Of a DNA stretch of 64,000 bases, positions 17,981 to 26,687 are shown one piece after another. The position numbers and the translations under genes were made by a program. This DNA is from Alphaproteobacteria bacterium (GTDB lineage Bacteria; Pseudomonadota; Alphaproteobacteria; CAAHEQ01; UBA3637): the NCBI GenBank assembly GCA_045614025.1, contig JAZLCE010000014.1:2825-66824 (forward strand), given 5' to 3'. Each line of letters begins with the position of its first letter. The first letter of the stretch is position 1. Below the pieces are notes generated by a model. It saw only the letters and a program-made list of their open reading frames with translations, was not told the DNA's origin and ran no database searches.

Positions 17981-18610
17981 TTATTGTTTTTCTCGTCCCT
18001 CACGTCTAATTGTTGGTGTTGGCTTGCGATGCGCTTTTAACATTTGAACAATTTGTTCTTCAGTTAAGTCATTTTTAATTGTTTCAGGGGAAGCTAACGG
18101 AACTGGAGCTGTTTGCTTTGTGGGTCGAGATTGGCTTGCAATTTGTTGTTGCTGTTGAGCTTGTTGCTCTTTTTGCTTTCGCGCATTTTCTTCTAATATC
18201 TTATTCCAATTATTTTCAGATCTAACACGAGAAATCTTATTTTCATTATTGGAAATTTCACGGAGAATAGAGCTTTTTTCTTCGTTTAAGCGTTTTAATT
18301 CTAATTGAGTTCTGCCACGTTGATCTTCTTTGTTTCTTTTTTGATATTCATAATCACTAGAAATGCGATTTTTATGAAACATCAACTCGTTATAATTGTC
18401 ATGGTATTTAGAAAAATTGTATCCATAAAGATATTGCTGAGCTTCATTTTGCGCGTTTCTAATCTTGCTTTCTAAATCAGAGATTTCTTTATTGTATTGG
18501 CCAATAGATGTTTCGCATCTTGAAATATTTGACTGAATAGATACAAGTTTGTTTTTTAAAGCATGTATTTCTTGTTGATAGTTATATTCTCTTTTATCAG
18601 CACCATACAT
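17981..18610 (-). CDS. Orphan coiled-coil protein
   Basis: A GGAGG RBS precedes the ATG at 18610. The K/E/Q/N-rich sequence looks heptad-like (ALKNKLVSIQSNISRCETSIGQYNKEISDLESKIRNAQNEAQ) and includes a Q-run, KQKEQQAQQQQQ. Confidence 0.6.
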   Translation of the reverse strand: MYGADKREYNYQQEIHALKNKLVSIQSNISRCETSIGQYNKEISDLESKIRNAQNEAQQYLYGYNFSKYHDNYNELMFHKNRISSDYEYQKRNKEDQRGRTQLELKRLNEEKSSILREISNNENKISRVRSENNWNKILEENARKQKEQQAQQQQQIASQSRPTKQTAPVPLASPETIKNDLTEEQIVQMLKAHRKPTPTIRREGREKQ

Positions 18611-18794
18611 TTTTTCCTCCATTATGTGTTATGCACTGAATTCATTATATAATAATAAAAATTTTTTTCATATATTTTTTTCTTTATTTTTAAGCATTTT
18701 TTCATTTTTTTGTTATGAATGCCAAACTTTTAGAGCTGGGGCTGAGGTTAAAATAATCTTGTTTGCTTTTTTATACCCTAATTTTTAAGAGCTT

Positions 18795-19615
18795 ATGCTT
18801 TATCTATCTCAACACTGCACCACAATGATCCAATATCTCATATTTAACACATTATATCTCGCATACCCAACAACCCTGTACCTCACGCATATCTCACACC
18901 CAGAGCACACTCGTGCGCTCCACACCTCGTGCACCCCACCACCTCACACCCACGCGCACCTCACACTCCACCAGCACATCTCACACCCGCGCGCACTCGC
19001 GCACTCCACCTTACACCCAGCAATCTACCAACCCCACATCCAGCCTACACCCACGCACACCCGTGCACACTCCACTAGCACATCTCACCCCACGCGCACC
19101 ACACCAGCACACCCACGCACTCCACAGCCAAACACCCACGCACACCCGTGCACACTCCACTAGCACAGCTCACCCCCATACTCACCCCACCAGCACCACA
19201 CCCTCGCGCACTTCACCAGCCCACACCCACGCACTCCACCAGCCCACACCCACGCGACCTCGTGCACCCCGCCACCTCACACCCGGGCGACCTCGTGTAC
19301 TCCACATTCAGCACTCCACCAGCCCCATACCAGCCCCACACCAGCCCATATCCGCGAGCTCTATACCTTACACACCCCACCAACACCATGCCCAGAGCAC
19401 TCCACTAGCCCACACCTGCGCGCGCTATACCTAACTCCACACCTAGAGCACTCCACCAACACCACACCAGCACTCCACCTCATATCTCACACCCACGCGC
19501 ACCCCACCAGCCCATGTCCTGTGCACACGTTGCGCCACTATATTATATACTTTATTGTATCATCTTATGTTCTTTATCATCTTATATATTTATACACCAT
19601 ATCATTTTATATCGC
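18795..19615. repeat. G-depleted C/A-rich degenerate repeat tract (core about 18880..19540), non-coding
   Basis: The + strand is almost only C, A and T; I count 5 G in the 60 nt of 19021..19080. An exact 36-mer occurs at 19047..19082 and 19132..19167. A 19-mer, CACCAGCCCACACCCACGC, occurs at 19214 and 19237 (period 23). All three forward frames are open at once. Confidence 0.85.
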
Positions 19616-19802
19616 GTTAAAGTAAAACTTTAAAAATGTTAAATAATATACTGATATTAAAGAATATATATTAAAAACAAGTGAATTTTTAACTGGTGCT
19701 TGAAAAATAAAACGATTTATGCTATTCTGCCAAAGAAATGGATTTTTTTATCAAGGGATTGAAAAAAAATATATATGATTTATCTTAATTTTAGGAGGTT
19801 TT

Positions 19803-20558
19803 ATGAGAAGAAAATTAATCGCCGGTAACTGGAAAATGAATCAAACAAAATCAGATGGTTTAGCTTTGGCTAAAGCTGTTTTTGAAGTTGCTTCAAAAGA
19901 AAAAGGAAATTTTGATGTTTTGATTTGTCCAGGGATGAATTTATTGCCATTAATTGCTGAATTGCCACATGAAGGTGTTTATCTTGGCGCTCAAGATGTT
20001 TCTGTTGCTCCAAAAGATTTTGGGGCTTATACAGGGGATGTTTCTGCCGCTCAATTGAAAGATTTAGGGGCAACTCATGTGATCGTTGGCCATTCTGAAA
20101 GAAGAGCCATGCGCCATGAAACAGATGCTGTTGTGCGCGAAAAAGCAGTCAATGCCATTGAAAAAGGGTTGATTCCTGTGATTTGCGTTGGCGAAACATT
20201 GGAAGAAAGAGAAGAAGGCAAAGCTTTAGAGGTTGTTTGCCGTCAAATTAAAGAATCTGTTCCTTCTGTTTCAACTGGGGAAAACACAGTGATTGCTTAT
20301 GAACCAGTTTGGGCCATTGGAACAGGCAAGGTGCCATCAATTCAAGATGTTGAAGAAATGCACACGGCTATTCGCGAAGAAATCAAATCTTTGTTGGGTG
20401 AAGAAGTTGCTTCAACAATGAAAGTTTTATATGGTGGTTCAGTTAAACCTTCAAATGCAAAAGAATTGCTTTCAGTTCCAAATGTTGATGGTGCTTTAAT
20501 TGGGGGTGCCAGCTTGAAAGTTGAAGATTTCTGGGGTATTGCTGCCACTCAAATTTAA
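19803..20558 (+). CDS. tpiA: Triosephosphate isomerase
   Basis: 251 aa with an AGGAGG RBS. Motifs include IAGNWKMN, VIVGHSERR, AYEPVWAIGTG and GGASLK. Confidence 0.95.
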   Translation: MRRKLIAGNWKMNQTKSDGLALAKAVFEVASKEKGNFDVLICPGMNLLPLIAELPHEGVYLGAQDVSVAPKDFGAYTGDVSAAQLKDLGATHVIVGHSERRAMRHETDAVVREKAVNAIEKGLIPVICVGETLEEREEGKALEVVCRQIKESVPSVSTGENTVIAYEPVWAIGTGKVPSIQDVEEMHTAIREEIKSLLGEEVASTMKVLYGGSVKPSNAKELLSVPNVDGALIGGASLKVEDFWGIAATQI

Positions 20559-20574
20559 AAAAAGAGGTTTTGCT

Positions 20575-21156
20575 GTGAAAAAGGCATTTATATATTCTTT
20601 TATGTTTCTTGCTTTTGCTTCATCAGTTTGTTCAAGCTGTTTGGCGCAAAATATTTCAAATCAAACGCTGTCGGCTTGCGTGCTTCATTTGCCCCAAGTT
20701 GTTTTGATAAATCCAGATATGCGAGATTTTAATTTTTCAAAAAGTCAATATGTTGATGCCTTTTGGGATTATGAAGCAAATCAAAAAGGGCAGGGCTATT
20801 CCTATCACTATCAAAATTCTTTTTGCCATGCAAAAGTTCAGCTTTATCGCGATAACCAAGTTCATTTAACAAACGCTAAAATTCAGCGGTTGTTAAAAGA
20901 TCAATCGTCTTTTCAGGTGCAAAAGAAAAAAAATATTAAGATCGGGAAAACAAAGTTTTATGGTGCCTATGGCCAAGATGAAGATATTTCAAATGTGTTG
21001 TTATATGGGAATTATAAAGATAATTTTTTGAAAATTCGAATTTCTTGCTCCGTGTTGCCGCGTTTTTCGGATGAAAAATATCAGCAAACAGTTGATGAAA
21101 TGTCAACCATTTTTGTTGAAGGAATAGTGGATTCTTTAAATTCTTGCGTTAAATAA
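20575..21156 (+). CDS. Orphan secreted protein
   Basis: A GTG at 20575 follows AGAGG and gives the signal peptide VKKAFIYSFMFLAFASSVCSSCLA|QN. The track's longer start at 20521 overlaps tpiA. Confidence 0.5.
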   Translation: MKKAFIYSFMFLAFASSVCSSCLAQNISNQTLSACVLHLPQVVLINPDMRDFNFSKSQYVDAFWDYEANQKGQGYSYHYQNSFCHAKVQLYRDNQVHLTNAKIQRLLKDQSSFQVQKKKNIKIGKTKFYGAYGQDEDISNVLLYGNYKDNFLKIRISCSVLPRFSDEKYQQTVDEMSTIFVEGIVDSLNSCVK

Positions 21157-21427
21157 TTTTTGATATCATCTTAAAAACACTTCAAAAGTTTTTTTGGGTG
21201 TTTTTTTCTTAAACTAAAGCTTTAAAAATGCTTTATAATATATTGAAAATATAGCTATTTTATCTTCTTAAAATTAAATTTAATTTTTAAAATTTAAAAA
21301 GCATTAATGCTTTTAGCAATGTTTTTTTTAGGAAGAAAGCTTTTTATTTTTGATAAGTTTATTGGGAAGGTGTGTTTTTTTTATCGTGTCAGGCTTGTTG
21401 GCATAGAAGATGTGTTGCATTGATATA

Positions 21428-21589
21428 TCTGCCTCGTTAGTGGGCGGTGGGTTCTTTGTTGGTGCGGGTATATGCCCCGTTGGTGTGAGGCATTGCCTCT
21501 GTTAGTATGTCTGCCTCGTTAGAGTGCTGTGGGTTCTTTGTTAGTGCGGCTATTTGCCCCGTTGATGTGATGCGGGTTCGCTTCAGTGG
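21428..21589. repeat. Two tandem ~81-bp G/T-rich units
   Basis: TCTGCCTCGTTAG...TGGGTTCTTTGTT...TGCCCCGTTG recurs at 21428 and 21509. The first ~58 nt of each unit are about 85% identical by eye. The + strand is A-poor and G/T-rich, the opposite polarity to 18795..19615. Confidence 0.75.
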
Positions 21590-21729
21590 GTGAAAGTTAT
21601 TTATGATGCTTTAGGGTGGGGGCTTAAGTGTTTCTTTGTCAAGAACCGTTGAATTTTGCAAGCGAATGTTAATAGTTTTCGTTTATATAAAACGTATAAA
21701 AAAAAGACCCCAAATGGGATCTCTTTTAA

Positions 21730-21804
21730 TGGCTCCAGCGGTAGGGCTCGAACCTACGACCGATCGGTTAACAGCCGATTGCTCTACCACTGAGCTACGC
21801 TGGA
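21730..21804 (-). tRNA. tRNA-Asn (anticodon GUU), CCA encoded
   Basis: The reverse complement TCCAGCGTAGCTCAGTGGTAGAGCAATCGGCTGTTAACCGATCGGTCGTAGGTTCGAGCCCTACCGCTGGAGCCA folds by hand into a 75-nt cloverleaf with anticodon loop CTGTTAA. Confidence 0.95.
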
Positions 21805-21892
21805 ACAATGAAACTATTATTATCTTATTTTAAAATAAAATGCAAGCCTTTTTTTTATTTTTTTTTAATTTTTTTTATATCTTTTTGAAATT

Positions 21893-22738
21893 TTAAATGT
21901 TTTTTCCAAAATAAAACCATTCTGTATTTATTTTTGCCTCATGATTTGGCATAATAATAAATCCATCAAACGGGGCATAAATTTTTTCGCCTGTTTCATA
22001 AATGGCAATTTCATCTCCTTTTTTAATGGCGTCTAAATGAATATAATTTTTGCTGAACATGCCTTCTTTTTCTTTGATTACAAAGTTTTGAAGAGTGATA
22101 ATCGTTTTTTTTGTTTCTTGGCAACTTCCTTTTAAAACGCCATAATGATACAGCATATTTAAAATGGATTTTTTGGCAACTTGAATGGCCTCAATTGATT
22201 TATGATAGCCACATTCAACTGTTAATGCACAAGTATTCTTTAAAAAGGCATATTCCTCAGTGCAATTATTTTCAATTTCATGGTTGTTTTTATAAATATC
22301 TGGCCAACCAGCAAGCGCCGTTTGAACAGGGATAATCTTCAAAAACTCAAGGTTTTCTTGACTTGGATGATCAATAAAAGCAAAGGGTTCATCTTTTTCG
22401 CAATGCGTTGAATGCAAATCTAAAAGGATATCTGCTTTTTCAATTTCTTTGATCAGCTGATTTGCAATTTTTTCTTCATTTGTTTGAGGGTTTTCATGAA
22501 ATTTAACAACACGGTTTAAATTATCCTCAATTCCGCGCACATCTTTTTGATAGGCTTGTTCGTTCACAATGGGAATAAAGGTAATGGATCCTGATTGAAG
22601 AATATGTTTTTTTTCTTGGAGTTCTCTAATAATTTCATATTGCGCTTTTGTGCCAGCGGTTTCGTTTCCATGAACCGCTCCTAAAATTAAAATATTTTTT
22701 CCTTCATTTTCATGTTTGAAAACAATTGGTTTAAACAT
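21893..22738 (-). CDS. Succinylglutamate desuccinylase/aspartoacylase (AstE/AspA, M14-like zinc deacylase) family protein
   Basis: 281 aa with ILILGAVHGNETAG (H-x-x-E zinc site), DLHST and LTVECGYH. It overlaps the upstream GNAT gene by 8 nt. Confidence 0.7.
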   Translation of the reverse strand: MFKPIVFKHENEGKNILILGAVHGNETAGTKAQYEIIRELQEKKHILQSGSITFIPIVNEQAYQKDVRGIEDNLNRVVKFHENPQTNEEKIANQLIKEIEKADILLDLHSTHCEKDEPFAFIDHPSQENLEFLKIIPVQTALAGWPDIYKNNHEIENNCTEEYAFLKNTCALTVECGYHKSIEAIQVAKKSILNMLYHYGVLKGSCQETKKTIITLQNFVIKEKEGMFSKNYIHLDAIKKGDEIAIYETGEKIYAPFDGFIIMPNHEAKINTEWFYFGKNI

Positions 22739-23564
22739 TTTGATTCTCCTTTATTTGCTGACGCAAGCGACGAATTTGCTTGATTTGTTGATGAGATCTA
22801 ATATGCAAGGGTAGGGCTGTTCTTCTAAACGCAATTTGCTTTGTTTTAGGATGATAAACACAGCCCACAAAATCATTTTGAAGTAATTTATCAATCGTTC
22901 CAAAATGATGGGATGGAATTAAAATTTCTTTTCCAATGCGTTGTGGTTGCTTATCTTTATAACACATCACGGCAATTTGCCCCCCATCACTTGGATCAAT
23001 TCCAGAAGAAAGCATTTGAAAACGATTGTTAAAATAAGGAGGCATGTTCCAATGATTATTTCTATCAATAATCGAATAAATGGCGTCACATTTAAGTTGT
23101 TTTGCAAGTTCAATGCGATATTCAATCATCAACTGATTTAAACCATTCCCTCTAAAGTTTGGATGAACGCAATCGCCTCCTAAAGTGGCAACTTTTTGCC
23201 CATTTGAAAAAGATTGATAGGGGTAGCTTGGAATTTCATCTTGAAACGTTTTTGAATTTGAGCAAACTTTTAAATAACTCATCCCAATTAATTTTGATTC
23301 ATGAAAAACACCCACAAAAATGATATCTTGTTTTTTAAAAACTTCATCATAATAAGAGGCCGAATGCTTGTGAATGAAGCATTGTTCTTCTTCTTTTAAA
23401 TGTTGATAAATCTTTTTGGAAAGAAACGCCATGGCTTGGCTATGTTTTTTAGAAAGAGGATAAATGAAAAAAGGGGCAGGGGAAATTTCTTTCCCATCTT
23501 TTTTAGTCAATAACCCAGACCAAAATCTTTGATTATTCACTGTGAATTTTGCCATCTCGCCCAT
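22731..23564 (-). CDS. GNAT-family N-acyltransferase
   Basis: 277 aa. VHPNFRGNGLNQLMIEYRIELAKQ matches the acetyl-CoA-binding motif A (R-x-x-G-x-G). An AAGGGA RBS is present. Confidence 0.6.
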   Translation of the reverse strand: MGEMAKFTVNNQRFWSGLLTKKDGKEISPAPFFIYPLSKKHSQAMAFLSKKIYQHLKEEEQCFIHKHSASYYDEVFKKQDIIFVGVFHESKLIGMSYLKVCSNSKTFQDEIPSYPYQSFSNGQKVATLGGDCVHPNFRGNGLNQLMIEYRIELAKQLKCDAIYSIIDRNNHWNMPPYFNNRFQMLSSGIDPSDGGQIAVMCYKDKQPQRIGKEILIPSHHFGTIDKLLQNDFVGCVYHPKTKQIAFRRTALPLHIRSHQQIKQIRRLRQQIKENQNV

Positions 23565-23768
23565 TTGTTTCCCTTTCTTTTATTAATAAAAAAACGAGAC
23601 CTTTTTTTGGTCCCGTTTCTGATTGTTTTGTTCTGTTGATATCAAACACCTAACGGGAGAAATCTTCCTCACGTTTAGATTGTTTCAAAGTTTTGAAAGT
23701 TGATATAAACATAAACATCCTTTTTCTTTATTAGAACTAATGATAACAGATTAAAAACATATTGTCAA
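23565..23768 (-). promoter_or_regulatory. Leader L1: promoter + ~170-nt leader + intrinsic terminator immediately upstream of the GNAT gene
   Basis: Minus strand: TTGACA (23768..23763) - 17 nt - TATCAT. The mini-ORF at 23718..23650 follows. The segment TCCCGTT (23658..23652) is complementary to the terminator 5' arm. The terminator is AACGGGACC-A7-GGTCTCGTT + T7 (23617..23588), ending 24 nt before the ATG. Confidence 0.55.
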
Positions 23769-23778
23769 TCTTATTTTT

Positions 23779-24195
23779 TTAACAATAAGTTAAATAACGA
23801 ATGCGATCAGCTGGAATTTTAATTTTGTTTTGAATAATCGGCATAGCATAAGGTTTTGTCATTTCAACTTTTTTTAAATTTGTTTCTAAATCTTTAATAA
23901 AAGCATTTGTTCCATAATCAGCGCCCACCACTAAAAGAGCATAATGTCTGACCAAATGGTTGCTTTTTAAAATGCTCACTAATTCATTTTTTTCATGAGC
24001 AAGAATATGCTTCATGCTTCTTTCGCCTTTTGTTTTTAAGCGTTCAGCATCATATTTAATGCGCAAAGCTTCTTCTTTTGGCAGTTTGTTTTTAATTCGA
24101 ACGTTCATTAATCCTAACATATAGTCATAAATCTTTTGCGATTTTAAAAGACTTTTTATTTGATCAACTTTTTCAATGTATGTTTTATCTGTCAT
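23779..24195 (-). CDS. Orphan 138-aa protein
   Basis: Clean ORF with an AAGAGGA RBS. The product is basic and helical-looking with no recognisable motif. Confidence 0.55.
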   Translation of the reverse strand: MTDKTYIEKVDQIKSLLKSQKIYDYMLGLMNVRIKNKLPKEEALRIKYDAERLKTKGERSMKHILAHEKNELVSILKSNHLVRHYALLVVGADYGTNAFIKDLETNLKKVEMTKPYAMPIIQNKIKIPADRIRYLTYC

Positions 24196-24394
24196 CTTGT
24201 TCCTCTTAATATAAAAAAAACAGCCCTTCTAAAATTAAGAGCTGTTTTTCGTTTGAATCGTTAAAATAATTAGTTCGCTAACAAAAAACGCTCCTTTTAC
24301 TTTCTAAAGTAAAAAGAGTAAAAATAAAAACCAAAAAAGTTTACTGTTTTTGTTATCATATTTTTAAAATACGCCTCCAAATATAAAATGTCAA
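24196..24394 (-). promoter_or_regulatory. Leader L2: promoter + ~150-nt leader + intrinsic terminator immediately upstream of the 138-aa gene
   Basis: Minus strand: TTGACA (24394..24389) - 17 nt - TATTTT - 6 nt - ATG of the mini-ORF at 24359..24297. The terminator is ACAGCTCTT-loop-AAGGGCTGT + T8 (24247..24213), ending 17 nt before the ATG at 24195. It could also serve as the terminator of the upstream ddpX operon. Confidence 0.45.
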
Positions 24395-24402
24395 CACCTT
24401 TT

Positions 24403-25017
24403 TTAAAGAATTGTCACATTTTTTAAAGATCGAATTAATGGATAGGTCCAAGCCTCTTTTAAATTAAAGTGCCACCATTCATGTAGAAGGGGTTCTAAAT
24501 CAATCTCTTTCATTAAATTTTCAAGCAATTCTTTGTTTTGATAGGCTGTTAAAGAAACATCATCTCCTTTATAATCGCGGTGACATTTTTTTAAATAGTC
24601 TTGAAAAGAAGGGTCTTTTTCATATCCTTCATAAAAGGCATCTGGCTTTGTTGGGAATTCAAGTTCATTTCCTTGTAAATCAGTTAAATAACAATCAATG
24701 GCAACGCCTCTGGGATGAAACCCGCGCTTAGATGTTTCTTCAGGAGGTGGAGCGATATAAGGTTTTAAATAATCTGGCGCTGTTTCAAACATATATTTTT
24801 GCACTTCAAGGGGTCTAAACGCATCATAGATCACAAGCTTTAATCCAAGAGCTTTAAGTTTGGGTTCAAGCTGAATTAATTTATCATAAAGCTCGGGATG
24901 AACCAATGCGTCTTTAAGCCCAAAATCGGAATACATATCTTTATAAAAAGCATTATGCGTTGTGGTATAAAACAAATTTGAAACAATATGTTCTGTTTGA
25001 ATTTTCTTTAAAATCAT
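24403..25017 (-). CDS. ddpX: D-alanyl-D-alanine dipeptidase (VanX/DdpX, peptidase M15D)
   Basis: 204 aa with YDAFRPLEVQ, FHPRGVAIDCYL (H-x-x-x-x-x-D zinc site) and HEWWHF, the VanX-family motifs. The start overlaps the upstream stop (TAATG). Confidence 0.75.
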   Translation of the reverse strand: MILKKIQTEHIVSNLFYTTTHNAFYKDMYSDFGLKDALVHPELYDKLIQLEPKLKALGLKLVIYDAFRPLEVQKYMFETAPDYLKPYIAPPPEETSKRGFHPRGVAIDCYLTDLQGNELEFPTKPDAFYEGYEKDPSFQDYLKKCHRDYKGDDVSLTAYQNKELLENLMKEIDLEPLLHEWWHFNLKEAWTYPLIRSLKNVTIL

Positions 25018-26687
25018 TAAGAACCCCTTTCTTGCAAGTGAGCCATTTGCTTGAATGAAATTTTATAAGCTTCTGGATATTTTGAGATTTTTTGAACAAG
25101 TTTTTCTTTGTTTTTCAATGCTTCAGCTTCAATATAACCAGGGGCAGTATTGTTCAAATAGGTGTTTAAAATCCCAGCTGTTGCTAAAACGGATTTAGCC
25201 GCCCCGATATAAGGGATCACATTCAGCACATTGGCTAATCTTTCTTCAGGTAATCTGGCAATTTCTGAAAGTTTGAGTGGTTTTTTTGTTTTGGATTCGC
25301 TGATCACGCCTAAGCTTAAAAACATTAAATCAACAGGCATCACATCTAATTTTTCTTTCAGTTTATTTTCATGAATTTGCGTTAAAAACCCTTGAAATCC
25401 TTGTTTCATTTTTTCGGCATAAGTTGATTGGAAAAATCCGCCATGCGCTAAAATGTTTGCGCTTTGAGTGGCCAGGCAAATTAAGGCACTTGAAGGCGCG
25501 ATTTGCTTTGTTTTTAATAACTCAAGCACTGTTTCTTTATCATGAGAAAGCTTATGAAGTTTAATGGCAAAGCTTTTGCGCATTTCTTTATCTTTTGAAA
25601 TGCCAACAAAAGGAGATTCATCTTCTTTCCAAGCGGCTCTTATTCCTTTTAAAGATTGTTGAAACTTATTAAAATAAGTTGGATTTGAAAAGATTTTTGA
25701 CCAAATGGAGTCTTCGCTTTGCAAGGCTTTAATCAAGAATTTTCTTGTGATTTCAGTTCCATCTAAGGTGATTTGTTGCATTCCAGCTTTGTTTAATATT
25801 TGGTTTAAAGAATAAGATTGATAAACAGCTGTTTGATCTGCAAGCGTTGAAAGATTTTCTTGTTCAAAAATGCTTTTTAATGCTTGATATTGATTTTTAA
25901 TATCATCAAACGAATAATCAAACATTCTTTTTGAAAGAAGGTTTAATTCTTGTTTTGTTTCTTCAATCAGCTGTTTTTTTCCTTCTTTTAAAGAGGAATA
26001 AGCCGTTTGAAGATTTTTTAAATTTGTTGTTGCCGTTAAATGAGAAACAATTTTAAGTGCGGCTTTATATTTTTCCTTACAAGGGCAGTTTTCTTGTTTT
26101 AAAATCGTGTTTAATGTTTTTTCTAAATGATTTAATGTGGCGGATAATAAAACGGTTTCATTAAAATATTCAGAAGATATTTTATCGCTTTGATATAAAA
26201 TGCTTTTGCTGATTTTATTATTGTTTGCAACGGGGAAAATGGTATCCCCCACTTGGAAATATCCCCCACTGCAAGGATGGGAAAGAGAAACATTTGAACC
26301 ATAAAATCCAATATGATATTTGGCGCCAGCTTGTTTCATTAACGAAGCGGAAATTAAAATATTTTGATTTAAAAGAGCTCTTGTTTCTTCTTTTTGCGGG
26401 CTATCATAATCTCTTAAAAAAGCCAAATGAGTGCCAGATTCCATAATGGGAAGATAGCTTAATTGTTTCACAACTTCTTTTGCTGTTTGTTTATCATAAA
26501 GCCGGGCCGTTTCTTCATAAATTGTTTCTAAAAGAAGAGCGGTATCAGGTGTTGTTTTATCGGTTTCTAAAAGAAAATCAGCCAGTTCTTCTTGAAAATA
26601 ATCTTTCAAAGTGCCCGAGTTATATATTTTTCTTAAAGCAGGTAATGCGGTTAAAAGATTGTTAAATTCATAAGCATTTAATGTCAT
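25017..26687 (-). CDS. Orphan 556-aa soluble protein, translationally coupled to ddpX
   Basis: Long clean ORF with an AGGAAG RBS. No TM segment, signal peptide or motif that I recognise. Confidence 0.6.
   Translation of the reverse strand: MTLNAYEFNNLLTALPALRKIYNSGTLKDYFQEELADFLLETDKTTPDTALLLETIYEETARLYDKQTAKEVVKQLSYLPIMESGTHLAFLRDYDSPQKEETRALLNQNILISASLMKQAGAKYHIGFYGSNVSLSHPCSGGYFQVGDTIFPVANNNKISKSILYQSDKISSEYFNETVLLSATLNHLEKTLNTILKQENCPCKEKYKAALKIVSHLTATTNLKNLQTAYSSLKEGKKQLIEETKQELNLLSKRMFDYSFDDIKNQYQALKSIFEQENLSTLADQTAVYQSYSLNQILNKAGMQQITLDGTEITRKFLIKALQSEDSIWSKIFSNPTYFNKFQQSLKGIRAAWKEDESPFVGISKDKEMRKSFAIKLHKLSHDKETVLELLKTKQIAPSSALICLATQSANILAHGGFFQSTYAEKMKQGFQGFLTQIHENKLKEKLDVMPVDLMFLSLGVISESKTKKPLKLSEIARLPEERLANVLNVIPYIGAAKSVLATAGILNTYLNNTAPGYIEAEALKNKEKLVQKISKYPEAYKISFKQMAHLQERGS

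Noticed and set aside
18795-19434. Three overlapping forward ORFs (122, 173 and 86 aa) that would encode P/T/H/A-rich proteins
   Set aside because: All three frames are open over the same DNA only because stop codons cannot form in G- and T-poor C/A repeats. There is no RBS and no frame-specific periodicity. I treat them as a compositional artefact of a non-coding repeat tract.
18795-19615. Possible CRISPR array in the C/A-rich tract
   Set aside because: There is no regular alternation of a fixed 24-48 nt repeat with unique spacers. The repeats are degenerate, of variable period (23, 85...), and share composition with the sequences between them. No cas genes are present in the window.
21636-21833. 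65-aa ORF on the + strand
   Set aside because: It runs antisense through the tRNA-Asn gene (21730..21804), and its sequence is dictated by the tRNA. It is spurious.
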